Shown here piece after piece: positions 63,081-64,000 of a stretch of 64,000 nucleotides of DNA (positions within the stretch are counted from its first letter, which is position 1; each line of letters starts with the position of its first letter). The position numbers were made by a program, and so were the translations under genes. This stretch comes from Takakia lepidozioides (lineage: Eukaryota; Plantae; Bryophyta): assembly GCA_030704615.1 (NCBI GenBank), contig CM060732.1:6262001-6326000 (forward strand). Direction: 5' to 3'. The notes beneath the pieces were generated by a model. The model was not told the origin of the DNA. It ran no database searches and saw only the letters and a program-made list of their open reading frames with translations.

Positions 63081-63219
63081 CTGAAAAGGAGATGAATCCC
63101 AACCCACAAAAGCGCTCAGTGAGTAAGATGCAAGTAGAACAGAAAGAATAAAACATGGATTGAAATGGCTCTGACAACTGCTCCAAGGACCTTTCAGGAC
63201 CACACTACTGCTCCAGATA

Positions 63220-63943
63220 TGAATGTCGTCAACGCCATTCAGAACATTCCATTCCATGACACTGTAAATACACCCTAATCCAGGTGAATGCAAATAAGCG
63301 ATTAGAAATGACACAGACATAGAAGTGAATGTCGTCAACGACATTCAAGAATGAAGCCAAATTATTACTGAAATGAAGCAAAATCACAGGATGGAAATAA
63401 AAAAATTGAGTAAGGAACCATCCAGGAAAAACTCAATGCACATTCATAACGAACCTATCACTGAGGACCTCACAACATCACTGTATGTGAATGGCGTCAA
63501 CGCCATTCACAAAAATACAAAAAAGAAACCAATTACTTAGCTCCCCAATCCATGAAAATTGAATTTGTCGCTTTTGAATAATACAGACACAGCTGTGAAT
63601 GTCGTCAACGACATTCACTTTGGATTTCTTAAAACAGAGCTTATCAAGCCTCCATATTCATCGCAAGAGGAAAAAACAATGCAGAACAACTGAATGTCTG
63701 CATTGACATTCAGCAAAATGAAGTGATCAACCCTCATTGTAACCTCTATGGACATTACAAAAATTTAAATAACCTTGAGGACCACACAACAACTCCGTAT
63801 GTGAATGTCGTCAACGCCATTCAAGGACATTATCAATTCTAATCAGGGACAATATAATTGCACCTTAGATCCTAACCAGGTGAATTCATATACTCGCTTA
63901 AGAATGACTCAGACAAAGAAGTGAATGTCGTCAACGACATTCA
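63220..63943. repeat. Intronic array of 7 palindromes, consensus TGAATGTCGTCAACGACATTCA
   Basis: Copies at about 63220, 63326, 63488, 63596, 63691 (degenerate), 63802 and 63922. The intron begins at 63081 and is orthologous to the array-bearing intron of element B. Confidence 0.95.
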
Positions 63944-64000
63944 ATCTGGATCTAAGATTGCAATCCATATGAAGCCACAATTTTTCCCAAAAAAACAGTA

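Overview
Eukaryotic, intron-rich land-plant DNA, probably bryophyte-grade (inference from a PLS-type PPR relic and a chromoviral Ty3/gypsy element). It holds two intact conserved genes, the 30-exon phytocalpain DEK1 (+, 7849-24086) and exosome subunit RRP42 (-, 27038-31796), set among transposable elements. The most notable content is a Mutator-like (MULE) DNA transposon lineage seen three times. The full-length copy (37557-47903, 9-bp TSD CTTTCACAG, imperfect TIRs) encodes a GCM/WRKY-like zinc finger + MULE DDE + SWIM transposase. Divergently it encodes a spliced accessory gene fusing a ParB/Srx-like domain (FFVWDGNHR) to a beta-class N6A/N4C DNA methyltransferase-like domain. Its non-coding parts carry arrays of a CG-containing palindrome (AACCTTGCGTTGACGCAAGGTT). 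A diverged copy of the accessory gene (60880-64000) has a different palindrome with the same core (GAATGTCGTCAACGACATTC) in the orthologous intron. A third family member (1-2887) has a third motif (GAAAAATGGCGCCGAATTTC). My hypothesis is a transposon-borne ParB/parS-like, methyltransferase-linked self-recognition or anti-silencing system; this is untested, and all copies here are disrupted. Also present are two tRNA-derived SINEs with TSDs, three truncated LINE 3' ends in introns, a 4.7-kb complex satellite, RLK and PPR gene fragments, a chromoviral LTR retrotransposon, a 500-N gap and a 2.1-kb fold-back that is probably an assembly artefact.
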